A stretch of 38,949 bases of DNA from a virus. The notes below the pieces were generated by a model. The model was not told the origin of the DNA, ran no database searches, and was given only the letters and a program-made list of their open reading frames with translations. This document shows positions 20,742 to 30,154 of this stretch, one piece after another. The stretch lies in the UHGV virus genome UHGV-0097970; one strand, given 5' to 3'. Both the position numbers and the translations under genes were made by a program. The first letter of the stretch is position 1, and each line of letters opens with the position of its first letter.

Positions 20742-21179
20742 TCATCGAAGGCATTGCGTCCTGATGTATTCCTGCAGGTAGTTAACCTGCGCGGTTATCC
20801 TGTCGATTCCACTTCGGAGACGGTAATAATTGAGTTCAGCATCTGCTGTAAGTCTTGGGCTTTCTCCATCGCCCATGCTGCTGGCTCCGGTCGTTGACTT
20901 TGCACAGGTGGCGGCGACTTGCAGGCGCTTACGCCCAGCAGAAACATCAGCACGGAGGCTTTCGATAGTCGCGTTAGCATCAGCAAGCTCCTTTGTGTAT
21001 CTGGCGTCAAGTTCTGCTACATCACGTTGACGCTTCTGCATGTCAGCGATGATGGATGTGGCTTTGTCGCGCTGGGCTTTGTAGGCGATGGCGTTATCCC
21101 GGTAATGATTAACAGCCCATGACAGACAGACGATGATGCAGATAACCAGAGCGGAGATAATCGCGGTGACTCTGCTCAT
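20742..21179 (-). CDS. Rz: Spanin inner-membrane subunit Rz
   Basis: [31 protein letters not shown]... matches lambda Rz; follows R. Confidence 0.9.
   Translation of the reverse strand: MSRVTAIISALVICIIVCLSWAVNHYRDNAIAYKAQRDKATSIIADMQKRQRDVAELDARYTKELADANATIESLRADVSAGRKRLQVAATCAKSTTGASSMGDGESPRLTADAELNYYRLRSGIDRITAQVNYLQEYIRTQCLR
20795..20980 (-). CDS. Rz1: Spanin outer-membrane lipoprotein Rz1, embedded in Rz in +1 frame
   Basis: Internal [39 protein letters not shown]... with lipobox LGVSAC and proline-rich segment; start set at the internal Met. Confidence 0.7.
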   Translation of the reverse strand: MLTRLSKASVLMFLLGVSACKSPPPVQSQRPEPAAWAMEKAQDLQQMLNSIITVSEVESTG

Positions 21180-21652
21180 ACCTCAATCTCTCTGACCGTT
21201 CCGCCAGCCTCTTTGAATTTTGCAATCAGGCTGTCAGCCTTATGCTCGAACTGACCATAACCAGCCCCCGGCAGTGAAGCCCAGATATTGCTGCAACGGT
21301 CGATAGCCTGACGAATATCGCCGCGATCAATCATCGGTAAAGCGCCACGCTCTTTAATCTGTTGCAATGCCACAGCGTCCTGGCTTTTTGGAGAGAAGTC
21401 TTTCAGGCCAAGCTGCTTACGGTAGGCATCCCACCAACGGGAAAGAAGCTGGTAACGTCCGGCGGCTGTTGATTTGAGTTTGGGGTTTAGCGTGACAAGT
21501 TTGCGAGGGTGATCGGAGTAATCAGTGAATAGCTCTCCGCCTACAATGACGTCATAACCATGATTTCTGGTTTTCTGCCGTCCGTTATCAGTTCCCTCTG
21601 ACCACGCCAGCATATCGAGGAACGCCTTACGTTGATTATTGATTTCCACCAT
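21176..21652 (-). CDS. R: Endolysin R (lytic transglycosylase)
   Basis: [39 protein letters not shown]... matches lambda R. Confidence 0.95.
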   Translation of the reverse strand: MVEINNQRKAFLDMLAWSEGTDNGRQKTRNHGYDVIVGGELFTDYSDHPRKLVTLNPKLKSTAAGRYQLLSRWWDAYRKQLGLKDFSPKSQDAVALQQIKERGALPMIDRGDIRQAIDRCSNIWASLPGAGYGQFEHKADSLIAKFKEAGGTVREIEV

Positions 21653-21959
21653 CTTCTACTCCGGCTTTTTTAGCAGCGAAGCGTTTGATAAGCGAACCAA
21701 TCGAGTCAGTACCGATGTAGCCGATGAACACGCTCGTTATATAAGCGAGATTGCTACTTAGTCCGGCGAAGTCGAGAAGGTCACGAATGAACCAGGCGAT
21801 AATGGCGCACATCGTTGCGTCGATTACTGTTTTTGTAAACGCACCGCCATTATATCTGCCGCGAAGGTACGCCATTGCAAACGCAAGGATTGCCCCGATG
21901 CCTTGTTCCTTTGCCGCGAGAATAGCGGCTAACAGGTCATGTTTTTCTGGCATCTTCAT
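21636..21959 (-). CDS. S: Holin/antiholin S (dual start)
   Basis: [41 protein letters not shown]... matches lambda S107/S105. Confidence 0.95.
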   Translation of the reverse strand: MKMPEKHDLLAAILAAKEQGIGAILAFAMAYLRGRYNGGAFTKTVIDATMCAIIAWFIRDLLDFAGLSSNLAYITSVFIGYIGTDSIGSLIKRFAAKKAGVEDGGNQ

Positions 21960-22075
21960 GTCTCACCCCCAATAAGGGGATTTGCTCTATTTAATTAGGA
22001 ATAAGGTCGATTACTGATAGAACAAATCCAGGCTACTGTGTTTAGTAATCAGATTTGTTCGTGACCGATATGCAC

Positions 22076-22116
22076 GGGCAAAACGGCAGGAAGTTGTTAG
22101 CGCAACCTCATGCCAC
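22076..22116 (-). terminator. tR'-like intrinsic terminator (lambda-homologous)
   Basis: Minus-strand GGCATGAGGTTGCGCTAACAACTTCCTGCC followed by GTTTTG, matching lambda tR' with a few substitutions. Confidence 0.55.
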
Positions 22117-22250
22117 CCGCTTTCACGAAGCCAGCCATTGCGCTGGTTTTCTTTTATGCAAAGCACACCGCACCGTAGCCACAGCGGATAAGGTGATTAT
22201 TTTGGTCTGTCTGGTATTTGGTTTGATGCGCTTTCAGAAAGGTCGTGCTT

Positions 22251-22290
22251 AAAACGCAAAAAGCCCCGAGCTATTAACTCAGGGCTTTAT
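22251..22290 (-). terminator. Additional intrinsic terminator about 45 nt downstream of the pR' start
   Basis: Minus-strand AAGCCCTGAG-ttaatag-CTCGGGGCTT followed by TTTTGCGTTTT. Confidence 0.55.
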
Positions 22291-22314
22291 TTAACGAGTG
22301 CATTTATCCATCGT

Positions 22315-22350
22315 TGAGTCAAATTTACCCAACTTTATTCAAAAAGTCAA
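22315..22350 (-). promoter_or_regulatory. Late promoter pR' with qut-like site
   Basis: Minus-strand -35 TTGACT, 17-bp spacer tttttgaataaagttggg, -10 TAAATT, then TGACTCAACGATGG, near-identical to lambda pR'/qut from memory. Confidence 0.75.
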
Positions 22351-22392
22351 TATTATGCCGTTAATTTGTTGCCATCCGTGGCAATCATGCTG

Positions 22393-23016
22393 CTAACGTG
22401 TGACCGCATTCAAAATGTTGTCTGCGATTGACTCTTCTTTGTGGCATTGCACCACCAGAGCGTCATACAGCGGCTTAACAGTGCGTGACCAGGTGGGTTG
22501 GGTAAGATTTGGGATTAGCATCGTCACAGCGCGATATGCGGCGCTTGCTGGCATCCTTGAATAGCCGACACCTTTGCATCTTCCGCATTCTTTCTCAACA
22601 ACTCTCCCCCACTGCTCTGTTTTTGCTATATCAACCGCACGGCCTGTACCGTGACAATCTCTGCATCTTGCGCCCGGCGTCGCGGCACTACGGCAATAAT
22701 CCGCATAAGCGAATGTTGCGAGCACTTGCAGTACCTTTGCCTTAGTATTTCCTTCAAGCTTTGCCACACCACGGTATTTCCCCGATACCTTGTGTGCAAA
22801 TTGCATCAGATAGTTGATAGCCTTTTGTTTGTCGTTCTGGCTGAGTTCATGCTTACCGCAGAATGCAGCCATTCCGAATCCGGCTTGTGATTGCGCCATC
22901 CCCATAGCAGCCATCACATCAGTACCGGAAAGAGAGTCAGAAGCCGTGGCCCGTGGTGAGTCGCTCATCATCGGGCTTTTTGGCGAATGAAATTTAGCTA
23001 CGCTTTCGAGTCTCAT
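22393..23016 (-). CDS. Q: Late antiterminator Q
   Basis: MRLESVAKFHSPKSPMMSDSPRATASDSL... appears identical to lambda Q from memory. Confidence 0.95.
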   Translation of the reverse strand: MRLESVAKFHSPKSPMMSDSPRATASDSLSGTDVMAAMGMAQSQAGFGMAAFCGKHELSQNDKQKAINYLMQFAHKVSGKYRGVAKLEGNTKAKVLQVLATFAYADYCRSAATPGARCRDCHGTGRAVDIAKTEQWGRVVEKECGRCKGVGYSRMPASAAYRAVTMLIPNLTQPTWSRTVKPLYDALVVQCHKEESIADNILNAVTR

Positions 23017-23201
23017 CGTCTTCCCCTCTTGCCCTGTTTGACCATCAGGACGCCGTTAACTATTACATGACGCTCGCCTTTGCTGTCTCGGTTGTACTTG
23101 AGCACTGTTCCTCTTGCGCAGGAAAGCATCCTTGCCACTTCAGTCTGATTGCCTCGTGTCTGGATAAGAAGCTCTGGTATCGTTTGAATTGTGGCGTTCA
23201 T
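23013..23201 (-). CDS. ninH: NinH-like protein
   Basis: TIPELLIQTRGNQTEVARMLSCARGTVLKYNRD resembles lambda NinH; directly upstream of Q. Confidence 0.7.
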   Translation of the reverse strand: MNATIQTIPELLIQTRGNQTEVARMLSCARGTVLKYNRDSKGERHVIVNGVLMVKQGKRGRR

Positions 23202-23560
23202 GCGTTCTCCAGTTCGGTGATTTTTATTCCAAGCCTTCCGCCTGGTACTTTCACGCCACGAATTACGCGAATGTCATCGAATTGCTCGTCGTCTTCCGCA
23301 AATCCGGCGTGGATAAGGGAGTCGAGTAAACCTTTCAGGATGTTGTCGAGGTCGCGGCGGCGGGAGTCTGGAACGTCTGCGATGACTTTGATGCGGAGTC
23401 GTGATTTGGTGAAAATGTCTAACTTAAGTTGGCGGATGATTTGCTGAACGTCTTTTCGGTATTTCTGGCCTTTATCGCTGATGTAGTATTGGCTTCCCCG
23501 TCTTCGCCAGTAGGTGTTCACCGACGGCGGGTATGGAAGCACAAACTGATATTCGCTCAT
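23198..23560 (-). CDS. rusA: Holliday junction resolvase RusA
   Basis: 120 aa, MSEYQFVLPYPPSVNTYWRRRG... typical RusA N-terminus and acidic catalytic region. Confidence 0.85.
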   Translation of the reverse strand: MSEYQFVLPYPPSVNTYWRRRGSQYYISDKGQKYRKDVQQIIRQLKLDIFTKSRLRIKVIADVPDSRRRDLDNILKGLLDSLIHAGFAEDDEQFDDIRVIRGVKVPGGRLGIKITELENA

Positions 23561-23847
23561 GACTTAATCTTCCCCTCCTTCAGCAGTATCGCCTGCGTCC
23601 TGATCACGCCTTCGAGGTGGTAAAGTCTGGCGTCTTTGTTGTCGAGATTATGGGTGCGTCGGTCGATCTCCGCGTGGCAGTCACTACAAGCCCATGCACC
23701 GATCAGGTCGTCAGGCTTCATTCCCGTTCCGCAAATTCCAGCCATCCGGTAATGTGCCAGAACTGTAGTTTCAGGATTACCATTGCATACGCCGTAAATA
23801 CGTACCTGGCATTCTCTGTTGCGCGCTTCTTTGCGTAGGTTAGCCAT
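23557..23847 (-). CDS. DUF1364-type Cys-rich nin-region protein (YbcO-like)
   Basis: MANLRKEARNRECQVRIYGVCNGNPETTVLAHYR...CSDCHAEIDRR; Cys/His zinc-binding pattern, 96 aa. Confidence 0.6.
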   Translation of the reverse strand: MANLRKEARNRECQVRIYGVCNGNPETTVLAHYRMAGICGTGMKPDDLIGAWACSDCHAEIDRRTHNLDNKDARLYHLEGVIRTQAILLKEGKIKS

Positions 23848-24569
23848 TAAGCAGCCTCCCCGGTTACTTTCAGCATTCCGTTATCGAGCAGCTTTCTGGT
23901 CAGCCACTGTTGACCACGCCCGGTGATTTTTGTGGTGAACGATATCTGTATTCCGTGATTTGTGTTGACCGCTGTTTCTTTCACTGCGAAATAGCCGCGA
24001 TCCATATATTCCTGCATTGGCACATTGCGCCGGGAACCTGAAGCAATAAGGATTTTGTGATCGCGCATCCACGCAAACAGTTTGTTTGGACCAATTCCAA
24101 CAACCTTTGCAAAGTTTCCAATCAAAATTCCGCTGGCCTCGCCAACGCGATCGGCAAACTCAACTTTAGGTGCGGCAATTGCGAGCTGGTTTTCCAGTTG
24201 CATTTTCTGCTCAGCAAGGTCAGCAGCAAGGCGCAACGCTTCCGGTAGCGTTTTGGGGATATTAACCGCAGCTTCTTCAAGCTCTCGCCAACGGTCAACA
24301 AGGCGAGCGGTGAACTCTGGCGACAACTGGGCAACAACGACAATACTGTCTCGCTTACCTTGTTCGCCCTCGAAGACGTAATGCTCGTACTGAACATTGA
24401 ACCCTAAGTTATTGATTCTTTCGGAAACCTCAATTTGAGGAAGCCGGATAACACCATTTTTAGCCAGCGTTTCGATGGTACGTTTCACATTGTCATGACG
24501 CTTACCCACCAACTCAGCGATTTCAATGCTTGTCATTTTGATGGCATTGCCATTTATTAACTCATTCAT
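23847..24569 (-). CDS. Rha-family phage regulatory protein / antirepressor
   Basis: N-terminus [35 protein letters not shown] typical of Rha-family proteins; C-terminal antirepressor-like domain; coordinates from ORF track. Confidence 0.7.
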   Translation of the reverse strand: MNELINGNAIKMTSIEIAELVGKRHDNVKRTIETLAKNGVIRLPQIEVSERINNLGFNVQYEHYVFEGEQGKRDSIVVVAQLSPEFTARLVDRWRELEEAAVNIPKTLPEALRLAADLAEQKMQLENQLAIAAPKVEFADRVGEASGILIGNFAKVVGIGPNKLFAWMRDHKILIASGSRRNVPMQEYMDRGYFAVKETAVNTNHGIQISFTTKITGRGQQWLTRKLLDNGMLKVTGEAA

Positions 24570-24732
24570 CGTCTTCTTCCTCGTACATTGAGCTATTCGG
24601 ATCGCTCATCAGTTCTGCGCAGCAGTGCTCACACACGTGAACTTCCAGCACATGCAGCTTCTGACCGCAGTTAGCGCACGTTAAAGCCCGCTCGACGCTT
24701 TGTTGTTCGTAACTTCGATTTGGGTCAATCAC
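24563..24732 (-). CDS. ninF: NinF-like protein (GTG start; not in ORF track)
   Basis: My translation: (V)[55 protein letters not shown], resembling lambda NinF; GAGGAAAA RBS; coordinates +/-1 nt. Confidence 0.6.
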
Positions 24733-24911
24733 CTTGTTTTCCTCGCACGTTCTCTAAGCCACCGGATATCCCACAGGGGAGCCGTGTAGTTGAAGGTTTT
24801 TACGTCAGATTCTTTTGGGATTGGCTTGGATTTATTTCTGGAGCGTTTCGTTGGAAGGTATTTGCAGTTTTCGCAGATTATGTCGGCGATACTTCGTCGC
24901 TGTCTCGCCAC
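24729..24911 (-). CDS. ninE: NinE-like protein
   Basis: [60 protein letters not shown] resembles lambda NinE. Confidence 0.75.
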   Translation of the reverse strand: MARQRRSIADIICENCKYLPTKRSRNKSKPIPKESDVKTFNYTAPLWDIRWLRERARKTR

Positions 24912-25051
24912 ACGTCCTCCTTTTCCTGCGGTAGTGGTAACACCCCTGTTGGTGTTCTTTCACACCGGAGACACCATCGATTCCAGTAAGGCTGTCCTGG
25001 TCGAAAGCGATCGTCTTCCTTTCGCTCTCCACATCGATAACAGTGCTTCAT
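24878..25051 (-). CDS. Small CxxC zinc-ribbon protein (NinD-like?)
   Basis: [34 protein letters not shown]... two CxxC pairs; overlaps ninE in another frame. Confidence 0.4.
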   Translation of the reverse strand: MKHCYRCGERKEDDRFRPGQPYWNRWCLRCERTPTGVLPLPQEKEDVWRDSDEVSPT

Positions 25052-25638
25052 GCGATCACCATTTTGCATGGTTTAATCGCCATGCCGGGAGCCAGTTCAA
25101 AATCGGAGTCGCACTGATTTCCCCACATATCCCACCCGGTCACTTTGTCGCGGCTAAATAACTCACAGCGCGGCACGTCGCCAAGCAACTTAGCTAACAT
25201 GTCTCTTACGATCGGTGGTTTTGCACTGTGCTCCATTCTCGGTGCGGTAAAGTGCTGGCATATTGAAGCGTCCATTCTCTCAGGTAACCGCCCTCGAACG
25301 GCAAACAAGCAATCCTCGCTATTTGCCCGGGTCATATGCCCCATTCCGATCGCACTGTTGCCTTTGTGCTTATTGGTTTTGTGCCAAGTAAAGCCTTTCA
25401 TAGTCATCAACCTGAATCCCCACGCCTCAATTACCTTTAGCGCTTCGGCTGGCTGTGTCGGCACCCACCACATCGCTAACAAGCAAGATTCTGGATCCGC
25501 TAAATCCCATACTGGCAGTCGGCAAATGTCCTGAACATTCATAACATCGTATTTATGTCCAGCACCGCGATTGCCATCGTTGGCTTTGTCGCGATATTGC
25601 CAAGGCGGATCTGCGTAAATAAGTTGGTATTTGTTCAT
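25048..25638 (-). CDS. MT-A70 family DNA N6-adenine methyltransferase
   Basis: N-terminal [12 protein letters not shown] (DPPW catalytic motif); 196 aa; no adjacent restriction endonuclease. Confidence 0.8.
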   Translation of the reverse strand: MNKYQLIYADPPWQYRDKANDGNRGAGHKYDVMNVQDICRLPVWDLADPESCLLAMWWVPTQPAEALKVIEAWGFRLMTMKGFTWHKTNKHKGNSAIGMGHMTRANSEDCLFAVRGRLPERMDASICQHFTAPRMEHSAKPPIVRDMLAKLLGDVPRCELFSRDKVTGWDMWGNQCDSDFELAPGMAIKPCKMVIA

Positions 25639-26075
25639 TCAGTTTTATCTCCCCATCTCGCTTTCCACTCCAGAGCCAGTCGCGCTTCGTCTGACCACTT
25701 AACGCCATGTTCTGTACCGAATGCCTGTATAAGCTCTAATAGCTCCGCAAATTCGCTTACACGCATCCTGCTGGTTGACTGGCCTATTACCACAAAGCCA
25801 TTCCCGGCAAGGTTAGGAACAACATCCTGCTGCTTTAATGCTGCGGTAAACACACACTTCCAGCTTTCTGCATCCAGCCAGCGACCATGCCATTCAACCT
25901 GACGAGAGACGTCACCAAGGCAAGCCCAAAGCTTTCGATTCTGGTCTAAGCTGCGGTTGCGTTCCTGAATGGTTACTACGATTGGTTTTGTTGGGTCTGG
26001 AAGGATTTGCTGGATAGCTTGAATGGCGTTCTGCTGATGGATGGGGCTTCTTATTTCAAACGTTAGTTTCCTCAT
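25635..26075 (-). CDS. ninB: NinB recombination protein
   Basis: MRKLTFEIRSPIHQQNAIQAIQQILPDPTKPIVVTIQERNRSLDQNRKLWACLGDVSRQ... near-identical to lambda NinB from memory. Confidence 0.9.
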   Translation of the reverse strand: MRKLTFEIRSPIHQQNAIQAIQQILPDPTKPIVVTIQERNRSLDQNRKLWACLGDVSRQVEWHGRWLDAESWKCVFTAALKQQDVVPNLAGNGFVVIGQSTSRMRVSEFAELLELIQAFGTEHGVKWSDEARLALEWKARWGDKTE

Positions 26076-26310
26076 GGCTCACCTTCTGCACGCATGGATT
26101 AATTAACGCCAAAATAGCTTCTGGTTTCTCAATAACATCGAACCGCTCACCACTTGCCATTCTTACAATCGTAAATCCGGCATCAAATAGGGTTTCGATG
26201 TTGTCAGAGTTAACGTACAAGGGCTCATATGCACTTCTGGTGCTTTCTATCACGCCTGTGCTTGGTGGCTGATAGATGCTGCATTGCATGGTTAATTTTA
26301 TAAATGGCAT
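26056..26310 (-). CDS. Hypothetical nin-region protein
   Basis: 84-aa ORF in operon context. Confidence 0.4.
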   Translation of the reverse strand: MPFIKLTMQCSIYQPPSTGVIESTRSAYEPLYVNSDNIETLFDAGFTIVRMASGERFDVIEKPEAILALINPCVQKVSHEETNV

Positions 26311-26314
26311 ATAA

Positions 26315-26596
26315 TCACTCCTTCACTTTGACTCCAGCAGCGCGAATCCGTCCTTCGCATTCACTAATTGCGTTGTTATAACCAAATGTGACCCCATCCT
26401 CGAAATCGGTAGAAAATGCCTCACTCTCTCTTTCTCCAGGACACTCAATCTCGATAGCTGCTCGCGATGCCTGCCACGCTTGCCAATACATCTCAACCAT
26501 ATTGGCGTATATTTTATTTTTAGGATCACATCCGGTGTAATTTTCAAACCATTCTTCAAACTGCTTTCTTGATTCGTCCATATTCCTCTCCATCAC
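26315..26596 (-). CDS. Hypothetical nin-region protein
   Basis: 93-aa ORF. Confidence 0.4.
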   Translation of the reverse strand: MMERNMDESRKQFEEWFENYTGCDPKNKIYANMVEMYWQAWQASRAAIEIECPGERESEAFSTDFEDGVTFGYNNAISECEGRIRAAGVKVKE

Positions 26597-26844
26597 TCGT
26601 CAATGAATATCAGACCTTTGGGGCAGGAGTCCCAGAAATTACCTTTGCGGTCGGTCATCGTGTACCAGAGCCCAGGATTCATTCGCCCGGTCACTCTTTT
26701 CTGTTTCACGAAGTACGCATCACGGCGTGGATTGTCTTCACCTGCCACAAGGTTGCGCATTCTGTCGCCAAACTGAGGCTTTCGACCTGCGTTAATCGCT
26801 GCTGCTTTTTCGTGAATTTCTAAAATGTGCGGATATGTCATCAT
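26593..26844 (-). CDS. Hypothetical nin-region protein
   Basis: 83-aa ORF, start overlapping next gene stop. Confidence 0.4.
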   Translation of the reverse strand: MMTYPHILEIHEKAAAINAGRKPQFGDRMRNLVAGEDNPRRDAYFVKQKRVTGRMNPGLWYTMTDRKGNFWDSCPKGLIFIDE

Positions 26845-26869
26845 TCCTCTCCATCAGCGTGCTGGGGTG

Positions 26870-27055
26870 TTAGCGTCCACGGTTTTCCTTATAAAGCGTG
26901 TCGCAGATTTTTAGGTACTCATTCTTAAACCAGTCGCGGTTGTCGTTGTAGTTTCGACCAATGACCTTAATTTTTTCACATGCAAGATTGGTGGCAGCAT
27001 TAATCAGAGCCACCTGAACATCGACTGGTAAATCAGGAAATTTTGGTTCACTCAC
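26870..27055 (-). CDS. Hypothetical protein
   Basis: 61-aa ORF downstream of helicase. Confidence 0.35.
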   Translation of the reverse strand: MSEPKFPDLPVDVQVALINAATNLACEKIKVIGRNYNDNRDWFKNEYLKICDTLYKENRGR

Positions 27056-27136
27056 GCTCTCACCTCTCTATTCCGATCCAATAAAAAAGGGCCACTGTGT
27101 AAGTAGCCCCTGTTATTAACTCTGTGATGTAGGCAG

Positions 27137-28510
27137 TCATACATCCGCTCCTGCATAACGCCGCCCTTTCTGTTGTGGCTGGCTTGCTGCGGTGCATTTA
27201 TTCCGGGCTTCATCCTGGTCGCATGCGACAAAGTGACCGTTGTGGAATCGCTGGTATACAGTCCCTAGAGAGCCAAAGCGGTTTTTCGTTACGATGATTT
27301 CTGCATAAGGTGCGGCCTGACTGTTTTCATCGTACACAGCTTCGCGGTACAGCATGATGATTGAGTCTGCATCCTGTTCGATGCTGCCGGAGTCGCGCAG
27401 GTCTGCGTTGGTAGGGCGTTTGTTCGGTCGCTTCTCAACGTCTCGCGATAACTGACTTAGCGATACAACCGGAGTTTTAAGCTCCTTCGCCATTGCCTTC
27501 AGACTTCCTGAGATGTGCGCAATAGCCAGGTCGTTTCGTTCTGCTTTCGGCTTCTCAATCAGGCCAAGATAATCCGCCATGATGAGTGACAGGTTTGGAT
27601 TTTCCTGTTTGTGTCGTTCTGCGATTGAGCGTATTTCTTCGACCGATAACCGCGAGGCATCGACTACCCATACATCCAAATCTGCAAGCTGACTCATGCC
27701 GTTAGCAACACGCGCCCAGCCTTCGTCATCCATCGATGCAGGATTTCGCAGTACGCTAACCGACATCCTCCCGGCGTTGGCAATGCTTCGCTCTGCAATC
27801 TGCAATGCGCTCATTTCCATTGAGAAAATCAATACCCCGCGTCGGACGTCAGAACCAGGAATAACGCGGCTTGCAACGCCTTCGGCAATCTTCAGCGCCA
27901 GTTCGGTTTTCCCCATACCAGGACGAGCAGCGATTATCACCAGGTCTTCCGCGTTCATCCCTCCGGTGATGGCATCAAGTTCTTCGATTCCGGTCTTCAG
28001 GGTATCTGACTCTTCTCCGTTCCTCAGACGCCTGTCAAGCGTGTCAGTGTAGTCAGTAATGATTTCCCCTAACCGTACAGGTTTTACCTCGTCACGGGGC
28101 TTTCTGATGGCTGAGAGACGCTTTACAAGCTCGTCCATCGCCTGACTCGATGTATCGATGGTTCCGCTCTGAATTGGTTCACGCATTTCATCCATGATTT
28201 CCAGCACCAGACGGCGGTGATAGTTATCAGCGACCATTCCGGCATATCCCTTCAGGTTTGCGGCACTCGGGCAGTTCTTACTGGTCATCAGGATTGACGT
28301 GAAATGCTCCTCTCCGCACGCCTCGGCAACCATCAGCGCGTCGATTAGGTTTCTGTTTCGCGCCTGCTTGCGGATAACCTCGAAGGCTTTCCGGTAGAGC
28401 GGAATTGAAAACGCTTCCGGCTCCAGCGTTGCCAGAACGTCGCTGGCGGTTGGTGTTAATCCACCAATCAGCAGGCCACCGATAACGCTCGCTTCGATAT
28501 CCTGTCTCAT
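27137..28510 (-). CDS. Replicative DNA helicase (DnaB family)
   Basis: 457 aa; Walker A region [13 protein letters not shown]; DnaB-like N-terminus; start overlaps O-like stop. Confidence 0.9.
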   Translation of the reverse strand: MRQDIEASVIGGLLIGGLTPTASDVLATLEPEAFSIPLYRKAFEVIRKQARNRNLIDALMVAEACGEEHFTSILMTSKNCPSAANLKGYAGMVADNYHRRLVLEIMDEMREPIQSGTIDTSSQAMDELVKRLSAIRKPRDEVKPVRLGEIITDYTDTLDRRLRNGEESDTLKTGIEELDAITGGMNAEDLVIIAARPGMGKTELALKIAEGVASRVIPGSDVRRGVLIFSMEMSALQIAERSIANAGRMSVSVLRNPASMDDEGWARVANGMSQLADLDVWVVDASRLSVEEIRSIAERHKQENPNLSLIMADYLGLIEKPKAERNDLAIAHISGSLKAMAKELKTPVVSLSQLSRDVEKRPNKRPTNADLRDSGSIEQDADSIIMLYREAVYDENSQAAPYAEIIVTKNRFGSLGTVYQRFHNGHFVACDQDEARNKCTAASQPQQKGRRYAGADV

Positions 28511-29454
28511 GCAACCCCCCTGTCTGCAAACTTCCCTTCCCGTACTCCCGTTAACGAATCTTCCCTCAGCAGGTAATCAAAATCTGCCGTCCAGCCAGTG
28601 TCGTTGTCTCCGAAGTAAAACGGCTTGGCCTGATGCACAAACGCCCTGACATACGCTCTGAAACCGTCCACGTTTGGCGTTTTCAGTTGCGGGATGATTT
28701 TCTTCAGGCGGCGTTTGCGTTTCTCGTTGACTGCAACAGCGTGTGGCAGTCTGTCACCGACTTCGGTGTTGTAGGCGTTCAGGAAGGATTCGTAGTCGAT
28801 TCGTTCTGCCTTGCGACGTTCAGGTTTAACCTGCCCATCGCCTCCCCCATTGGGGGGTAGGGGGGTATTATTTATATTCTTGTTAATACCTTCTTGTTCA
28901 TGATGTGCGGTTGTTTGTGCGGCTTCATGTGCGCTTTCATGTGCGGTATGTGCGCTGAAAGCCGCGCCATTACTGGCTTCGTCATGTGCGGCATCATGTG
29001 CGGTTGTTTGTGCGGCTTCATGTGCGGGTAAATTGTCCGTTTTTTGAGCATATTCATGGTAATTTGTGATGGTGATCACACGACCTTTTTGCTTCTCTCC
29101 ATCAATGGAGATCATCCCCTCTTTCACAAAAACCTGAAGCATCCGCTCAACCTGATCACGGCTTGCCGGCTTGCCATGCCTGTCGCATAACTGAAGACCT
29201 AAATCAGCTGCTGTCACAACCAGTTGACCGGGTTGCAGATGCCATTCATGACCTTTGAAATTCGCTTTGTATGGCTTTCTGGCGGCATTCAGGAGAAGGT
29301 TTTCCCACAGGGTGCGAAGATAAACATCTTTCGCCCATGACTGTTTCAGAATGCTCCGGTACAACGGAATGTAACCAGTTTTCTGGTTCTCCATCCTGTT
29401 GCTCCTGCGCTCGTGTGCGGCGCTGAAATCGTAGATTTTTGCTGTATTGCTCAT
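28507..29454 (-). CDS. Replication initiator (O-like) with internal origin iterons
   Basis: 315 aa upstream of the helicase; central [14 protein letters not shown] repeats are encoded by the DNA iterons. Confidence 0.8.
   Translation of the reverse strand: MSNTAKIYDFSAAHERRSNRMENQKTGYIPLYRSILKQSWAKDVYLRTLWENLLLNAARKPYKANFKGHEWHLQPGQLVVTAADLGLQLCDRHGKPASRDQVERMLQVFVKEGMISIDGEKQKGRVITITNYHEYAQKTDNLPAHEAAQTTAHDAAHDEASNGAAFSAHTAHESAHEAAQTTAHHEQEGINKNINNTPLPPNGGGDGQVKPERRKAERIDYESFLNAYNTEVGDRLPHAVAVNEKRKRRLKKIIPQLKTPNVDGFRAYVRAFVHQAKPFYFGDNDTGWTADFDYLLREDSLTGVREGKFADRGVA
28895..29035. repeat. Replication origin iterons inside the O-like gene
   Basis: 35-bp direct repeat at 28899-28933 and 28992-29026 (catgatgtgcggttgtttgtgcggcttcatgtgcg), about nine ATGTGCGG units at ~11-bp spacing, with AT-rich tract at 28861-28890. 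Confidence 0.75.
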
Positions 29455-29456
29455 AA

Positions 29457-29729
29457 CTACCTGCCTTGACGAAAGACCTTAAGAACATCGTTAAACTGAC
29501 TTACGGATATGTCTTCTTTGAGCAGCTTTTCCAGAAATGAGTTTGGAATGAACGTATATCCCTCCTCTTTTGGTAGAGACGGGAGCAACGCCCTCGCCTC
29601 AGCCTTCAAAAGCTCAGTTCTGGCAACTTTCACAAAAGAGATTTGAGTTCTTTCATCAATGGAACGAAGGAAGCGCAAACGCTTAGCTTCTTTGTGTGTA
29701 TCAGGTGGATTAAAGCCTTTGTTTCGCAT
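29457..29729 (-). CDS. Hypothetical protein between cII and O-like gene
   Basis: 90-aa ORF starting MRNKGFNPPDTHKEAKRLRF with GAGG RBS; the longer track ORF 29457-30038 overlaps cII and is unlikely to be real upstream of this Met. Confidence 0.5.
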   Translation of the reverse strand: MRNKGFNPPDTHKEAKRLRFLRSIDERTQISFVKVARTELLKAEARALLPSLPKEEGYTFIPNSFLEKLLKEDISVSQFNDVLKVFRQGR

Positions 29730-29751
29730 ATAATTACCTCGTTGGATGTTG

Positions 29752-30045
29752 TTAAAATTCCATTTGTATTTGATCAGAACGCTCGGTTGCCGCCGGGCGT
29801 TTTTTATTGGTGAGAATCGAAGCAACTTGTCGTGCCAATCGAGCCATGTCGTCGTCGACGACACCCCATTCAAGAACAGCAAGCAGCATTGAGAACTTTG
29901 GAATCCAGTCCCTCTTCCACCTGCTGATCTGCGACTTATCAACTCCCACAGCTTCCGCTGTCTTCTCAGTTCCAAGCATTGCGATTTTGTTAAGCAACGC
30001 ACTCTCGATTCGTAGAGCCTCGTTGCGTTTGTTTGCACGAACCAT
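29752..30045 (-). CDS. cII: Transcriptional activator CII
   Basis: MVRANKRNEALRIESALLNKIAMLGTEKTAEAVGVDKSQISRWKRDWIPKFSMLLAVLEWG... essentially identical to lambda CII from memory; 97 aa from the internal Met. Confidence 0.95.
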   Translation of the reverse strand: MVRANKRNEALRIESALLNKIAMLGTEKTAEAVGVDKSQISRWKRDWIPKFSMLLAVLEWGVVDDDMARLARQVASILTNKKRPAATERSDQIQMEF

Positions 30046-30102
30046 ATGTAAGTATTTCCTTAACAAATAAGAAGTTATGCGCATCAACTTATGCGCGTTG
30101 TA

Positions 30103-30147
30103 TTCCCGCATTTCGGCGGGAATGATGACCATGACTGTTAAAGAGCG
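30103..30147 (-). promoter_or_regulatory. nutR (boxA CGCTCTTTAAC + boxB hairpin CCCGCCGAAATGCGGG)
   Basis: On the minus strand between cro and cII; the same boxA/boxB pair recurs on the + strand at 31821-31862. Confidence 0.7.
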
Positions 30148-30154
30148 GTGTTAC

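Noticed and set aside
20596-20754. 52-aa minus-strand ORF starting inside the Rz 3' end.
   Set aside because: No RBS, hydrophobic low-complexity translation, not at the position or strand of lambda bor; probably spurious.
21960-22392. Checked for Shiga-toxin or other cargo genes between Q and S, since sbcB is a known Stx-phage integration site.
   Set aside because: The interval is only ~430 bp, contains pR', terminators and a lambda-like late leader, and has no ORF of adequate size.
24530-24570. Apparent extra G near 24540 that would frameshift the Rha-like gene by my reading of the printed sequence.
   Set aside because: The ORF track gives an intact 240-aa product with consistent coordinates, so this is most likely my misreading; I did not call a pseudogene. 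Self-derived coordinates nearby may be off by 1 nt.
28895-29035. Considered whether the short direct repeats could be a CRISPR array.
   Set aside because: Repeat units are ~8-11 bp at helical spacing without unique spacers and lie inside a replication initiator gene; these are origin iterons.
28872-29057. 61-aa ORF with repeated HMKPHKQPH motif.
   Set aside because: It is an out-of-frame translation of the origin iterons inside the O-like gene.
29730-30038. 5' part of the 193-aa track ORF 29457-30038.
   Set aside because: It overlaps the confidently identified cII in another frame; only the 3' portion from the Met at 29729 with its own RBS is plausibly coding.
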